Of a stretch of 64,000 bases of DNA, positions 1 through 10,372 are shown one piece after another. The notes beneath the pieces are model-generated. The model did no database searches. It was not told the DNA's origin and was given only the letters and a program-made list of their open reading frames with translations. The stretch covers positions 11,139-75,138 of the forward strand of contig JAUSCZ010000042.1 in NCBI GenBank assembly GCA_030674475.1, given 5' to 3'. Within the stretch, counting starts at the first letter, position 1, and each line of letters begins with the position of its first letter. This DNA comes from Candidatus Omnitrophota bacterium. GTDB taxonomy: Bacteria > Omnitrophota > Gorgyraeia > Gygaellales > UBA12090. A program made the position numbers and the translations under genes.

Positions 1-473
1 ATGAAACCAACCAGGATTTGGAGGGGATATTAGAGATTGCCCAAAAGGTCTCTAAATTAAGATTAGAGTCAGCGGGCCGTCCGGCCCAGGTGCGCCTAAG
101 CATATCATTTTTTGTGCCCAAGCCGCATACCTTTTTTGAACGCGAAAAGATGGAGAAGCGTGATAAGTTAAAAGAAAATATTTTATATCTAAGGGATAAG
201 GCCAGGAAGATCTCTAAAAAAATCACCCTGGATTTTCACAATTTAGAAACCAGCGTCATTGAGGCAGTTTTTTCCCGCGGGGATAGGTCTTTGGGAGAGG
301 TTATCTTGCGGGCTTATAATAATGGCTGCCTGTTGGATGGCTGGCCGGAGCATTTCAAGCCTGAACTTTGGCTTAAGGCTTTTAAAGAATCAGGGAAAGA
401 TTTTGATTTTTATCTCAGGGAAAGAAGCGCGGATGAGATTTTGCCCTGGCAGCATATTGATGTCAGCGCTTAA
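1..473 (+). CDS. Radical SAM protein (TIGR03960-like), C-terminal part; 5' end outside window
   Basis: Frame open from window edge (ETNQDLEGI...); FVPKPHT, EAVFSRGDR, DGWPEHF and terminal LPWQHID motifs recalled for this family. Confidence 0.75.
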   Translation, partial: ETNQDLEGILEIAQKVSKLRLESAGRPAQVRLSISFFVPKPHTFFEREKMEKRDKLKENILYLRDKARKISKKITLDFHNLETSVIEAVFSRGDRSLGEVILRAYNNGCLLDGWPEHFKPELWLKAFKESGKDFDFYLRERSADEILPWQHIDVSA

Positions 474-591
474 ACCCGCTTCAATTTCATTGTCAGCTTG
501 ACTTTGGGGGGCAAGCGTTATAGTATATATAAGAAAGTAAAAAGGCAAAAGTAAAAAGGCAAAACTCTAGCTCTTAAACAGGGAGGAACTC

Positions 592-1956
592 ATGGCTAAA
601 AGCGCGTCATTATCTTCAAAAGGAATCAGGCATAAATTATTTACCGCTGTCTGCCTTATGTCCGTAATCCCTATTCTTGTCTGCCTTAATTTTGCTTTTC
701 CCAGCTTATTTGTAAGTTTTCTCTCTAAGACGAGCTTTAAGTTTATAATTTTAATAATGATTTCTATCTCTTTGCTTGGCTTTGTCTTAATTAAACAGAT
801 TATAGAGCATATTATCAGGATGGCCCGGGAGGTTAAGTCTATAGCTGAGGGTGATACGGATAAATATATTGAAATCAAAAGTGAAGATGAGATAGGCCAG
901 TTAGGCTCAGCCATAAATCAACTTACCGCCAGGATTAAGGAAAATCTGAATGAACTTGAAGATTATGGTTCAAAGACCGCCCAGATAAATATAGATATCC
1001 AAAAGAGGGTCGTGACTATGTCGGGGTTATTGCAGATTTCAAGCTTAATCACTAAAGGCGCCAAGCTGGATGATATTTTGCATCTTTGCGTGGAAAAACT
1101 CAAAAGCGTGGCGGATTCATCCGCGGCGTTTATTTTATTTTTAGATAGTAACGGTAAGATGGTGATGCGGGCCCAGACAGGCTTAAACGTGGAGTGCGGA
1201 GCGTCACTGGCTGAATCCGATGAATGTGTATCGCGGGTGTTTCAAGGCGGCGCTCTTACCGTTATTGATGCCAAGAACTTTAATGCTTCTTGCCTTAAGT
1301 TATTATCCCTCTTGAATATTAAAAATCTATTGTGTCTGCCTATTTATTTGGCGCATAAACCGGCGGCTATAGCCGGGGTAGGGAATAATATCCCTGATTT
1401 TATCTATAAGCGCGATGACCAGGAGTTGCTGGATATTTTCGTCAAGCAAATGGCTATTGCCATTGAAAGCGATTGGCTGACGGCTAAGGTGGAAGGCCTG
1501 GAGATCAAAGATATGCTTACGGGCTTGTATAATGAGCGTTATGTCCGCCACCATTTAGACGAGGAGATAAAGAGGGCGATAATTTATCAACGCCCGTGCG
1601 GTTTTGTCCTGGCCAGGATACAAAATTTTACTTCTTACCAGAAGCTGTATGGCCAGGTTGCCTCAGAATCTGTTTTTAAGAAAATTGCTTCTTCCTTGAG
1701 CGCTTCGTTCTCAGGCATAGAGAAAGTAGGGAGGTTCGCGGATTATGATTTTGCCGTAATCTTGCCGGAAAAGAACAAGCGTCAAGCCCAAAAAACAGCC
1801 GAAGAACTTCAGAAAAATGTGGAAACTCTTTTTCAAGATGAGCCGGTTAAAGATAAAAGACTGGGCATATCCATAGCGGTAGTTGAGAATCCTTTAGATG
1901 GAGTGGATTCGAATGAGCTCATATCCATTGCCCGGAATCTGCTGAATAATAAATAA
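592..1956 (+). CDS. Membrane HAMP-GAF-GGDEF protein with degenerate (likely inactive) cyclase domain
   Basis: 2 TM segments, HAMP (SEDEIGQLGSAIN), GAF, DMLTGLYN; GGDEF position reads ADYDF; metal-binding DxD replaced by RIQ. Confidence 0.85.
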   Translation: MAKSASLSSKGIRHKLFTAVCLMSVIPILVCLNFAFPSLFVSFLSKTSFKFIILIMISISLLGFVLIKQIIEHIIRMAREVKSIAEGDTDKYIEIKSEDEIGQLGSAINQLTARIKENLNELEDYGSKTAQINIDIQKRVVTMSGLLQISSLITKGAKLDDILHLCVEKLKSVADSSAAFILFLDSNGKMVMRAQTGLNVECGASLAESDECVSRVFQGGALTVIDAKNFNASCLKLLSLLNIKNLLCLPIYLAHKPAAIAGVGNNIPDFIYKRDDQELLDIFVKQMAIAIESDWLTAKVEGLEIKDMLTGLYNERYVRHHLDEEIKRAIIYQRPCGFVLARIQNFTSYQKLYGQVASESVFKKIASSLSASFSGIEKVGRFADYDFAVILPEKNKRQAQKTAEELQKNVETLFQDEPVKDKRLGISIAVVENPLDGVDSNELISIARNLLNNK

Positions 1957-2044
1957 TTGCTATCAGCTGTCGGCTTTCAGCTTTCTGCTTTTTGCTGAGA
2001 GCTGAAAACTGCCGGCTGATGGCTTAAAAAAAGGATTATTCTTA

Positions 2045-2491
2045 ATGTCTGGCAAGAAGATTGTAAACAAAAAATTAGGTGAACTGTTAGTTGAAAAAGC
2101 GCTGGTTACCCAGGAACAGCTGGATGAGGCCTTGGAATTGCAAAAGGATAAAGGCGGCCTTATCGGGGAGATTTTGGTTGAGCTTAAATATACCACTGAG
2201 GATGATATCGCCAAAATGCTTACCGCCCAGTATGGTTTCGCTTATCTGCCGCTTTCTAATTACGAGATTGATCAGAGCCTGATCAATCTAATTCCTGAGC
2301 GGGTGGCCAGGCAGTATTGTCTTATCCCTATTGACAAAATAGGTACTAATTTAACCATAGCGATGAGTAATCCCTTAAACAGCCAAGCTGTGGAAGATAT
2401 GGAGACGCTTACTTCCTGCAGTGTGCAGACGTTTGTTTCTACTGCCTCCGACATAAAGCAGGCCATTGAGAGGTATTATAAAAACAAATAA
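2045..2491 (+). CDS. Stand-alone MshEN / GspE N-terminal domain protein (putative c-di-GMP receptor)
   Basis: KLGELLVEKALVTQEQLDEALELQ plus second half-motif LIGEILVEL; N1 domain (LTIAMSNPLN); no ATPase domain. Confidence 0.85.
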   Translation: MSGKKIVNKKLGELLVEKALVTQEQLDEALELQKDKGGLIGEILVELKYTTEDDIAKMLTAQYGFAYLPLSNYEIDQSLINLIPERVARQYCLIPIDKIGTNLTIAMSNPLNSQAVEDMETLTSCSVQTFVSTASDIKQAIERYYKNK

Positions 2492-2561
2492 CTGCTTTCA
2501 GTCTTCTGCTGTCAGCTTTCTGCCGATAGCCGATAGCTGATAGCCGATAGCTGATTTAAAA

Positions 2562-4283
2562 ATGGCTTCTTTAAAAGAACGGATAGTCCAGATACTTATT
2601 CAAGATAAGCTGATTACTCAGGATAATCTTGAATGCGCTTTAAGAGTTCAGAAGGAAAAAGGAGGACAGCTTAGCGGAATTTTAACGGAACTGAAATTTG
2701 TTGATGAAAACAAGCTTCTGGCGGCTATGTCCAAAGTCTTCTCTAAGCCAAGTATTGACATAACTCGTTTCCAGATTGCTCCCGAGGTTTTAAAAATAAT
2801 CCCGCCTAATATCTGCCGGCAGTATCAAGTAATCCCGGTTTCCAAATTCGGCAGCGCCCTCACCCTGGCGATGGCTGACCCTATGAATATCCTCGCCCTT
2901 GATGACGTAAAGAGTCTGACCGGTTATCAGATAAATCCCATTATTGCCGATTCCCGCAAGATAACCCAGGCGATTAATCAATGCTATGGCGAGGTTTCCT
3001 CAAAATCGGTTATCGAAGGATTGATCCAGGGCATTTCAGCCGAAAATATAGAATTGATTGAAGATAGAGAAGAGGAAGCGATTTCTTCGGCTGAATTAGG
3101 CCGCCTTGTTCAGGAGGCCCCGATTGTTACCTTTGTCAACAAGGTATTTGAGCAGGCGGTTAATTTTAAGTCTTCGGATATTATGCTTGAGCCTCAGGAA
3201 AACAAACTGCGCGTTCGTTTTCGTATTGACGGTATGCTTAAAGAGCAGCCTGAATGCCCAAAAGAGATAAGCGCCCTTATTGTTTCGCGGGTTAAGGTTA
3301 TCTCGGGCTTAAATATCGCTGAGCATCGTCTTCCTCAAGACGGAAGATTTAAGATGAAAATCGGCTCCGGCGAGGTGGATTTCCGGGTTTCGGTGCTTCC
3401 TACTGTTTTAGGGGAGAAGGTAGTGCTGAGGATCCTGGATAAATCCCAGTTGAATCTGGATATTGAAAGGCTGGGTTTTCAGGAAAAAGCCCTTTCTGAA
3501 CTAAAAGAATGCGCTCTTAAGCCTTACGGGATGGTCCTGGCGACCGGGCCGACCGGAAGCGGAAAAACCACTACTTTATATTCTCTGATAAAATTAATTG
3601 ACCGCCCCAAGATTAATATCGTTACCGTTGAAGATCCGGTTGAGTTTCAGATTCCGGGGATAAACCAAGTGAATGTCCAGCCGGAGATAGGGCTTACTTT
3701 CGCCTCAGCCTTACGTTCCATCTTAAGGCAGGATCCCAATGTGATTATGATCGGCGAAATCAGAGATTCTCAGACGGTAGATATTGCCATAAAGTCCGCG
3801 TTGACCGGACATTTAGTTTTATCCACTCTGCATACCACGACTGCCTGCGGGGCAGTGGTGCGCTTAATGAATATGGGGATAGAGCCTTTTTTAATTAACT
3901 CGGCAATAAACTGTATCGCGGCCCAAAGATTGGCCCGGGTTCTTTGCTCGGACTGTAAGGAGAAATATGAACTTAAAGAAGATGTTGCCCTTAAGCTTAA
4001 ACTCACCGTCAGAGACAAGAAAGAGCCGTATATTTTTTTCAGGCCCAAAGGCTGTGGTAAATGTTTCCATACCGGGTATCGCGGGAGGGTAGTTTTGGCG
4101 GAGGTCTTGGTTTTGAGCCCTAAGATAAAGGAGCTGATTTTCAGCCGTTCCCAGGAGCACGCGCTAAAACAGGCCGCCAGGGCCGAGGGGATGCAGACCT
4201 TAAGGGAAGACGGCTTGTTTAAAGTCCGCAGCGGAGTAATTTCACTTGAAGAGATGCTTCGGGTGAGCGGGGGAGATGAGTAA
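2562..4283 (+). CDS. pilB: GspE/PilB family assembly ATPase (copy 1)
   Basis: Walker A GPTGSGKT, TVEDPVE, LRQDPNVIMIGEIRD, STLHT, two CxxC pairs. Confidence 0.92.
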   Translation: MASLKERIVQILIQDKLITQDNLECALRVQKEKGGQLSGILTELKFVDENKLLAAMSKVFSKPSIDITRFQIAPEVLKIIPPNICRQYQVIPVSKFGSALTLAMADPMNILALDDVKSLTGYQINPIIADSRKITQAINQCYGEVSSKSVIEGLIQGISAENIELIEDREEEAISSAELGRLVQEAPIVTFVNKVFEQAVNFKSSDIMLEPQENKLRVRFRIDGMLKEQPECPKEISALIVSRVKVISGLNIAEHRLPQDGRFKMKIGSGEVDFRVSVLPTVLGEKVVLRILDKSQLNLDIERLGFQEKALSELKECALKPYGMVLATGPTGSGKTTTLYSLIKLIDRPKINIVTVEDPVEFQIPGINQVNVQPEIGLTFASALRSILRQDPNVIMIGEIRDSQTVDIAIKSALTGHLVLSTLHTTTACGAVVRLMNMGIEPFLINSAINCIAAQRLARVLCSDCKEKYELKEDVALKLKLTVRDKKEPYIFFRPKGCGKCFHTGYRGRVVLAEVLVLSPKIKELIFSRSQEHALKQAARAEGMQTLREDGLFKVRSGVISLEEMLRVSGGDE

Positions 4284-5971
4284 TGGCTGTTTTTAAAGAA
4301 AGATTGACGGAGTTGTTAGTTACTCAAGGCATCCTTTCTAAGGAGAGGCTCCAGGAGGCCTTTGAAATTCAGAAGAAAAAGGCCGTTTCCTTAAGAGAAG
4401 TCTTGCTAAAAGAGGGCTTTGTTGATGAGGCCAAGCTCATTTCCGTATTGTCCGAGTCGCTTTATATACCTACCTTAAATTTATCCAACTACCGGATTGA
4501 CGCGTCTTTAGCCGAAGTTGTTCCGGAAAGGATGTCCCGCCAATATCACCTGGTGCCGATTTCCCGTATCGGCGATAATCTTACCGTGGCCATGGCTGAT
4601 CCTTTGAATATATTTGCTTTGGATGATTTAAGGCTTTTTACCGGACATAGAATAGAGCCGGTTATCGCTTTAGAGAAAGATATCCTTCTGGCTATAAATA
4701 GCGTCTACCGGCATAAGGAGCATAATGTTTCTTTATTGGAGCAAGAAAAGGAAGCCGGCGGCCGCCTCTCTCAAGATACGGTAGTCAAGGTGGATGATTT
4801 TAGAGATCAGACTAACGCCGCGCCGATTGTCAAGATTATTAATCTAATGATATTGGAGGCGCTCAAGAAGAGGGCTTCGGATATACATGTAGAGCCGCAG
4901 GAATTTGATGTGAGGATTCGTTACCGTATTGACGGTGAGTTGGCTGACGCCTTTAGAATACCCAAAAGCAACCAGAACGCGATAATTGCCAGGCTCAAAA
5001 TTATCTCAGGGCTGGATACCACCGAGACCCGTCTGCCGCAAGACGGCAGGTTTAAAATAAAATCCGCGGATAAGGAGGTTGATTTTAGGGTTTCCTCTCT
5101 TCCCACCAGCTTCGGCCAGAAGATGGTGCTGCGCATTTTAGATAAATCTTCTCTCTCTTTAGGCCTCCAGCGCCTGGGATTCTCGAGTCAGGCTAGGTCT
5201 GCTTTTAATGAGGTAATCCATAAACCCTATGGAATGATTTTGGTAACCGGCCCTACCGGAAGCGGCAAATCCACAACTCTGTATTCTGTCTTGAGCCAGC
5301 TGAACACCCCGGAAAAAAATATAATTACCATTGAAGACCCGGTTGAATATCAGCTTGCCGGGATTAGCCAGATTCAGGTTAATTCTGAAATAAGCCTGGA
5401 TTTTGCCTCGGGGCTGCGTTCTATTTTAAGGCAGAGTCCGGATGTGATTTTAATCGGTGAAATCAGGGACGGAGAAACTGCCGATATCGCGGTCAAGGCC
5501 GCTCTTACCGGGCATCTGGTCATGTCCACTTTGCATACCAATAACGCCAGTCAGGTTATCACCAGGTTGGTAGATATGGGTGTAGAGCCTTTTCTGGTTG
5601 CTTCCAGTTTAATTATGAGTTCGGCCCAGCGTCTGATACGGCTTATCTGCGCTCATTGTAAAGAGCCTGATAATGATGTCTCGCGGCCCATACTGAAGAG
5701 TTTAGGCCTCAGCCCGGATATCGCGCTGTTTCGCGGCCGGGGATGCCGTCTTTGCGGCAATACCGGATTTTACGGCAGAAACGCTTTGCTGGAAATTTTG
5801 ATGATTGATGATATAATAAAAGAAATGGTGGTAAAGGGTTCTTCCTCCCAGCAGATTGAAGATTACGCGGTTTCTAAGCTGGGTATGAAGACCCTGCGTC
5901 AGGAGGCCATAGACAAGGCCAAGGAAGGCTTAACTACCCTGGCGGAGGTGGTAAGGGTTACCGCGGAGTAA
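4283..5971 (+). CDS. pilB: GspE/PilB family assembly ATPase (copy 2)
   Basis: GPTGSGKS, TIEDPVE, GEIRD, STLHT, CxxC pairs; TAATG stop/start overlap with copy 1. Confidence 0.92.
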   Translation: MAVFKERLTELLVTQGILSKERLQEAFEIQKKKAVSLREVLLKEGFVDEAKLISVLSESLYIPTLNLSNYRIDASLAEVVPERMSRQYHLVPISRIGDNLTVAMADPLNIFALDDLRLFTGHRIEPVIALEKDILLAINSVYRHKEHNVSLLEQEKEAGGRLSQDTVVKVDDFRDQTNAAPIVKIINLMILEALKKRASDIHVEPQEFDVRIRYRIDGELADAFRIPKSNQNAIIARLKIISGLDTTETRLPQDGRFKIKSADKEVDFRVSSLPTSFGQKMVLRILDKSSLSLGLQRLGFSSQARSAFNEVIHKPYGMILVTGPTGSGKSTTLYSVLSQLNTPEKNIITIEDPVEYQLAGISQIQVNSEISLDFASGLRSILRQSPDVILIGEIRDGETADIAVKAALTGHLVMSTLHTNNASQVITRLVDMGVEPFLVASSLIMSSAQRLIRLICAHCKEPDNDVSRPILKSLGLSPDIALFRGRGCRLCGNTGFYGRNALLEILMIDDIIKEMVVKGSSSQQIEDYAVSKLGMKTLRQEAIDKAKEGLTTLAEVVRVTAE

Positions 5972-5989
5972 GGGAACGCAGAGAAAAAT

Positions 5990-7054
5990 ATGAGCCAGGG
6001 CAGAATATTATTAATCTCAGACAGTCAATTAATGAATAAGGCCTTGGTAGAAATACTAGCCAATAGGGATTATGAAACGGTTATTTCTGTTGATAGCGGC
6101 TCTGCCTTAAGGTATTTGGATAATGATTTTGATTTGGTTATTTTAAGATGCGGCCTCAGTGCCTGTGATATAAAGAATTTTGTTCAGGATCTCATTGTCA
6201 GGGATTCGTCGCTGGTGATACTGCTTATGGTGGAAGACAGCGATTTTGATTTAACCAGAGAATTTCCCACCAGCGGTATCTTTGAGACAGTAAGGTTCCC
6301 CATACATAATGTCGAAAGTTTTGCTTTTCTGGTAAAGACAGCCTCTCACGCGCATTCCTCAATCGTTTCATATAAAAGGATACTATTGAGCCTGGAGGAG
6401 CGTAACTCTTCTTTACAGAAGCAGAATATGCTTCTGGCTAACCGGGTTGAGGAATCAAGTAAAAACTTAGGGCGTATGTATGAAGATCTGCGTAAAACCT
6501 ACGTGCATACGGTTAAATCTTTAATTGAGGCGATTGACGCCCGGGACCATTATACCCGAAGCCACTCCGAGAAGGTGTCCCGCCGCGCGGTTTTGATTGC
6601 CGAGGAGATGGGGTTATCGGTAAAAGAAATAGAGACGATACGCCAGGCAGGAGAATTGCATGATGTGGGCAAAATCGGCATCGAGGATAGTATTTTAACT
6701 AAACCCGCAGCGCTTAATGATGAGGAATGGGTGAAGATGAGATTACATTCAATTAAAGGCGCCCAAATTCTAGAGCCGCTTACCTTTTTGGGCGATGTAG
6801 CTTCGATTGTCCGCCAGAATCATGAACGTTACGGCGGCGGCGGTTATCCTGACGGCCTCAAAGGCGAAGAGATTGCCCTGGGGGCAAGGATAATCAGCCT
6901 TGCCGACGCCTATGATGTTATGACTTCAATAAGAAGTTACCGCAAGGATGTTTTTAGCAAAGAGCAGGCAATTGAAGAAGTAAAACGTAATTCGGGAAAA
7001 CAATTTGATCCTAAAGTGGTCGAGGCATTCTTAAGGATAGCGGATAAATTCTAA
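5990..7054 (+). CDS. HD-GYP domain protein with degenerate receiver-like N-terminus
   Basis: RDHYTRSHS, LHDVGKIG, NHERYGGGGYP, ADAYDVMTSIRSYR, GKQFDP. Confidence 0.88.
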   Translation: MSQGRILLISDSQLMNKALVEILANRDYETVISVDSGSALRYLDNDFDLVILRCGLSACDIKNFVQDLIVRDSSLVILLMVEDSDFDLTREFPTSGIFETVRFPIHNVESFAFLVKTASHAHSSIVSYKRILLSLEERNSSLQKQNMLLANRVEESSKNLGRMYEDLRKTYVHTVKSLIEAIDARDHYTRSHSEKVSRRAVLIAEEMGLSVKEIETIRQAGELHDVGKIGIEDSILTKPAALNDEEWVKMRLHSIKGAQILEPLTFLGDVASIVRQNHERYGGGGYPDGLKGEEIALGARIISLADAYDVMTSIRSYRKDVFSKEQAIEEVKRNSGKQFDPKVVEAFLRIADKF

Positions 7055-7055
7055 A

Positions 7056-8258
7056 ATGTCAGTCTATAAATATAGCGCCAAAAATAAAAACTCTGAAAGC
7101 GTAGAGGGAACATTAGAGGCCGGATCTCAGGCTGAAGCGGAGAATATTCTGCACTCTAAAGGCTTGCTGATTGTTTCTTTAAAAAATATCCCGGACAGGC
7201 AGTTAAAGAAAACCCGGGATAGGAAAGTTTCCCTTGATGCCCTGGTGATTTTTTCCCGCCAGCTGGCTACTATGATTGACAGCGGCATAACCCTGGTCGC
7301 GGCCTTAGAGATACTTAAAGACCAGATAGACGACCGCGCGCTCTGCGCTATAATTTCCAAGATATACCGCGATGTGCAGGAGGGAAAAAGTTTTTGCGAT
7401 TCTACGGCAAAATATCCCGCCGCTTTTTCTGATTTTTATATCAATATGATTAAGGCCGGAGAGGCCTCCGGAAGGCTGGATGAGGTCCTGGAAAGGCTGG
7501 CGGTGTTTCTGGAGAAGACCGCCGCCCTAATCAGAAAGGTGCAGTCAAGTTTGGTGTATCCGGCGGTTATAATAACCATGGCTATTTCTATAACCGTATT
7601 TTTGATGATAAAAGTTGTCCCTACCTTTAAGGGTATTTTTGCTACCTTAGGGGGTGAATTACCGGTTCCGACGCAGATATTAATTCTCGCCAGCGATACT
7701 TTAAAAAATTATTTTTTATTCATTCTGATTGCTTTGGGGGTGTTATCATTTTTACTGCGGCGTTACATCAAGACTCCTTCCGGAAGACGAATGTTCGATA
7801 AGCTTACTTTAAAAGTTCCCATATTCGGGCCTCTTTTTCTTAAGGCGGCGGTGGCCAGATTTGCCCGGACTTTTTCTACTTTGGTAAAAAGCGGCGTGCC
7901 TATCTTGAATACCTTAGAGATCGTTTCCAAAACTGCCGGGAATAAAATAATCGAACAGGCGGTGGAAAACGCCCGGCAGGCAATCCGTCAGGGTGAACCT
8001 TTGTATCAGCCTTTAGATAAAGCCAATGTTTTTCCGGCAATGGTAATCAGGATGATCAAGGTTGGCGAGCAGGCCGGAGAGCTGGAGAAGATGCTTTCCA
8101 AGATAGCCGATTTTTATGAAGAGCAGGTGGATGTCGCGGTAAGCAGTATGACCAGCCTGATTGAGCCTTTAGTGATTGCCGTTTTGGGTATACTTATCGG
8201 CGGAATTGTCCTGGCTCTTTTCCTTCCTATATTTAAAATAACCACATTGATAGGTTAA
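7056..8258 (+). CDS. pilC: PilC/GspF inner-membrane platform protein
   Basis: FSRQLATMIDSG, GEASGRLD, GEQAGELEKML, terminal LFLPIF. Confidence 0.92.
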   Translation: MSVYKYSAKNKNSESVEGTLEAGSQAEAENILHSKGLLIVSLKNIPDRQLKKTRDRKVSLDALVIFSRQLATMIDSGITLVAALEILKDQIDDRALCAIISKIYRDVQEGKSFCDSTAKYPAAFSDFYINMIKAGEASGRLDEVLERLAVFLEKTAALIRKVQSSLVYPAVIITMAISITVFLMIKVVPTFKGIFATLGGELPVPTQILILASDTLKNYFLFILIALGVLSFLLRRYIKTPSGRRMFDKLTLKVPIFGPLFLKAAVARFARTFSTLVKSGVPILNTLEIVSKTAGNKIIEQAVENARQAIRQGEPLYQPLDKANVFPAMVIRMIKVGEQAGELEKMLSKIADFYEEQVDVAVSSMTSLIEPLVIAVLGILIGGIVLALFLPIFKITTLIG

Positions 8259-8333
8259 TAATTCACGCCGCAAACCACAATCTTTCAGGCTAAAGCGTAA
8301 AGCCTGTAGTATGCGGCGACTTAATTAAACACT

Positions 8334-10367
8334 ATGGCACATAGTATAGATTACCAAAAAGAGCTTAACTCCGCCCAGTTAGAAGCAGTGCGTTCAACTG
8401 AAGGGCCGTATCTGGTAATAGCCGGGGCCGGAAGCGGAAAGACCCGGGTGTTGGTCCATCGCACCGCTTATTTAGTCGAGCGCTCAGTCAGGCCGGAGGA
8501 GATACTTCTCTTAACCTTTACCCGCAAGGCCTCCCAGGAGATGCTTAAGCGGGCGTCCTTGATATTGGATGAGCGCTGTGAGCGGGTATCCGGGGGGACG
8601 TTTCATTCTTTCGCCAATATGGTCTTAAGGAGATACGCGAATGTAGTGGGTATCTCCAGAGACTTTACCATACTGGACCGCTCTGATGCCGAGGACACGG
8701 TTAATCTTATCCGGACCAAGTTAGGGTTTTCTAAAACCAAAAGCCGTTTTCCCAGAAAAGACGCCCTTCTGGATATAATCTCAAAAAGCGTGAATAAATC
8801 GGAGCCTTTGGAGAAAATAATTAACGGCGAATATCCCCAATTCGGTGAATGGCTTAATGAAATAAAAAAGATAGCCCGGGAATACGTTGACTATAAACAT
8901 TCCAAATCTATTCTGGATTATGATGATCTTCTGGTGTATCTTAAAAGGCTTTTGAGCGGCCATGAGGACACACGCCTTAGCTTATCCGCGAGATACCGCT
9001 ATATCATGGTGGATGAGTATCAGGATACCAATAAGCTCCAGTCCGAGATTGTTTATCTTTTAGCGTCGGAAAACAAAAATATAATGGTGGTAGGGGATGA
9101 TTCTCAGAGTATCTATTCTTTTCGGGGAGCCAATTTCAGGAATATCATTGATTTTCCCAAGATATTCAAAGGGACAAAAGTCATTACCCTGGAGGAAAAT
9201 TACCGCTCCACCCAGCCGATATTAAACCTGGCCAACCGGATAATCGAATCCAGCGAAGAGGGCTTTCAGAAAAGATTATACACCAATAAATCTTCCTCCG
9301 CGCTGCCTGTATATATTGAACTTCGCGACGAGCACCGGCAGTCAGAATACATAATTGAGAAGATTCTTGCTTTGAGGGAGGAGGGCGTTGAGTTAGCTGA
9401 TATCGCGGTACTTTTCCGCTCCAGCTGGCATTCTAACGACCTGGAGATAGAATTAGCCAGATGTAATATTCCTTTTGCCAAATACGGCGGGCAGAAATTC
9501 ATCGAGGCCGCCCATATCAAGGATGTCTTGTCTTATGTAAGGGTTATTTATAATATCGCTGATCAGGTAAGCTGGTTTAGACTGCTTTTATTGCTTCCTA
9601 AAATCGGCCCTAAGACGGCCGAGCTGGTAATCGAAGAAATAATTTCCCAGGGAAAGGGATTCGGCATAGATACCTCAAGTAAGCTTTTTACTAAGAATCC
9701 TGTGTTGGTAACCTTACTAGAGCTTTTTAGAAAGATTGATGTCAAAATTCAATTGCCGTATCAAATCCTGGAGTTGTGTATGGAATATTATCAGCCCTGG
9801 TTAAAAGATAAATACGACGACGCGGATAAGCGCCTTAATGATTTGAATTCTCTTTTCAGGATTGCCGAAAGGTATAACTCTTTAGAGCGGTTTCTTTCGG
9901 ATATGGCCCTGGATCCGCCGGAAAAAAATATTATTCAAGCTGGTTCTCTTACTAAGGATGAACCTAAGGTCAGCTTGTCTACCATCCACTCGGCCAAAGG
10001 CTTGGAGTGGCATACGGTTTTTATCATCTATTTGGCCGAAGGGCACTTGCCGAACTATCGGTCTTTAGAAGACCGCTCGGCGATAGAAGAGGAACGCAGG
10101 TTATTTTATGTGGCCGCCACCAGGGCCAGGGAGAATCTATTTCTGCTAAAACCTCATATAGATCGCTCATTTAAAAGCAAATCCTACGGTATGGGAGGGC
10201 CGGCTTTCACTCAGGCCTCGCGATTCTTAGAGGAAAGCGATATTTTAGATAAATACGCGATTACGGAAGGAGATAAAACGGATTCTTTCGGAATGGCAGG
10301 TTCGGGCAGGCGCGGGGATAAAAAATTCTGGAAAGTAATTGAAGATTTCGAGGGGATTGATGAATAA
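8334..10367 (+). CDS. UvrD/PcrA-family ATP-dependent DNA helicase
   Basis: AGAGSGKT, VDEYQDTN, VGDDSQSIYSFRGA, TIHSAKGLEW, EERRLFYVAATRA. Confidence 0.93.
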   Translation: MAHSIDYQKELNSAQLEAVRSTEGPYLVIAGAGSGKTRVLVHRTAYLVERSVRPEEILLLTFTRKASQEMLKRASLILDERCERVSGGTFHSFANMVLRRYANVVGISRDFTILDRSDAEDTVNLIRTKLGFSKTKSRFPRKDALLDIISKSVNKSEPLEKIINGEYPQFGEWLNEIKKIAREYVDYKHSKSILDYDDLLVYLKRLLSGHEDTRLSLSARYRYIMVDEYQDTNKLQSEIVYLLASENKNIMVVGDDSQSIYSFRGANFRNIIDFPKIFKGTKVITLEENYRSTQPILNLANRIIESSEEGFQKRLYTNKSSSALPVYIELRDEHRQSEYIIEKILALREEGVELADIAVLFRSSWHSNDLEIELARCNIPFAKYGGQKFIEAAHIKDVLSYVRVIYNIADQVSWFRLLLLLPKIGPKTAELVIEEIISQGKGFGIDTSSKLFTKNPVLVTLLELFRKIDVKIQLPYQILELCMEYYQPWLKDKYDDADKRLNDLNSLFRIAERYNSLERFLSDMALDPPEKNIIQAGSLTKDEPKVSLSTIHSAKGLEWHTVFIIYLAEGHLPNYRSLEDRSAIEEERRLFYVAATRARENLFLLKPHIDRSFKSKSYGMGGPAFTQASRFLEESDILDKYAITEGDKTDSFGMAGSGRRGDKKFWKVIEDFEGIDE

Positions 10368-10372
10368 GTTTT

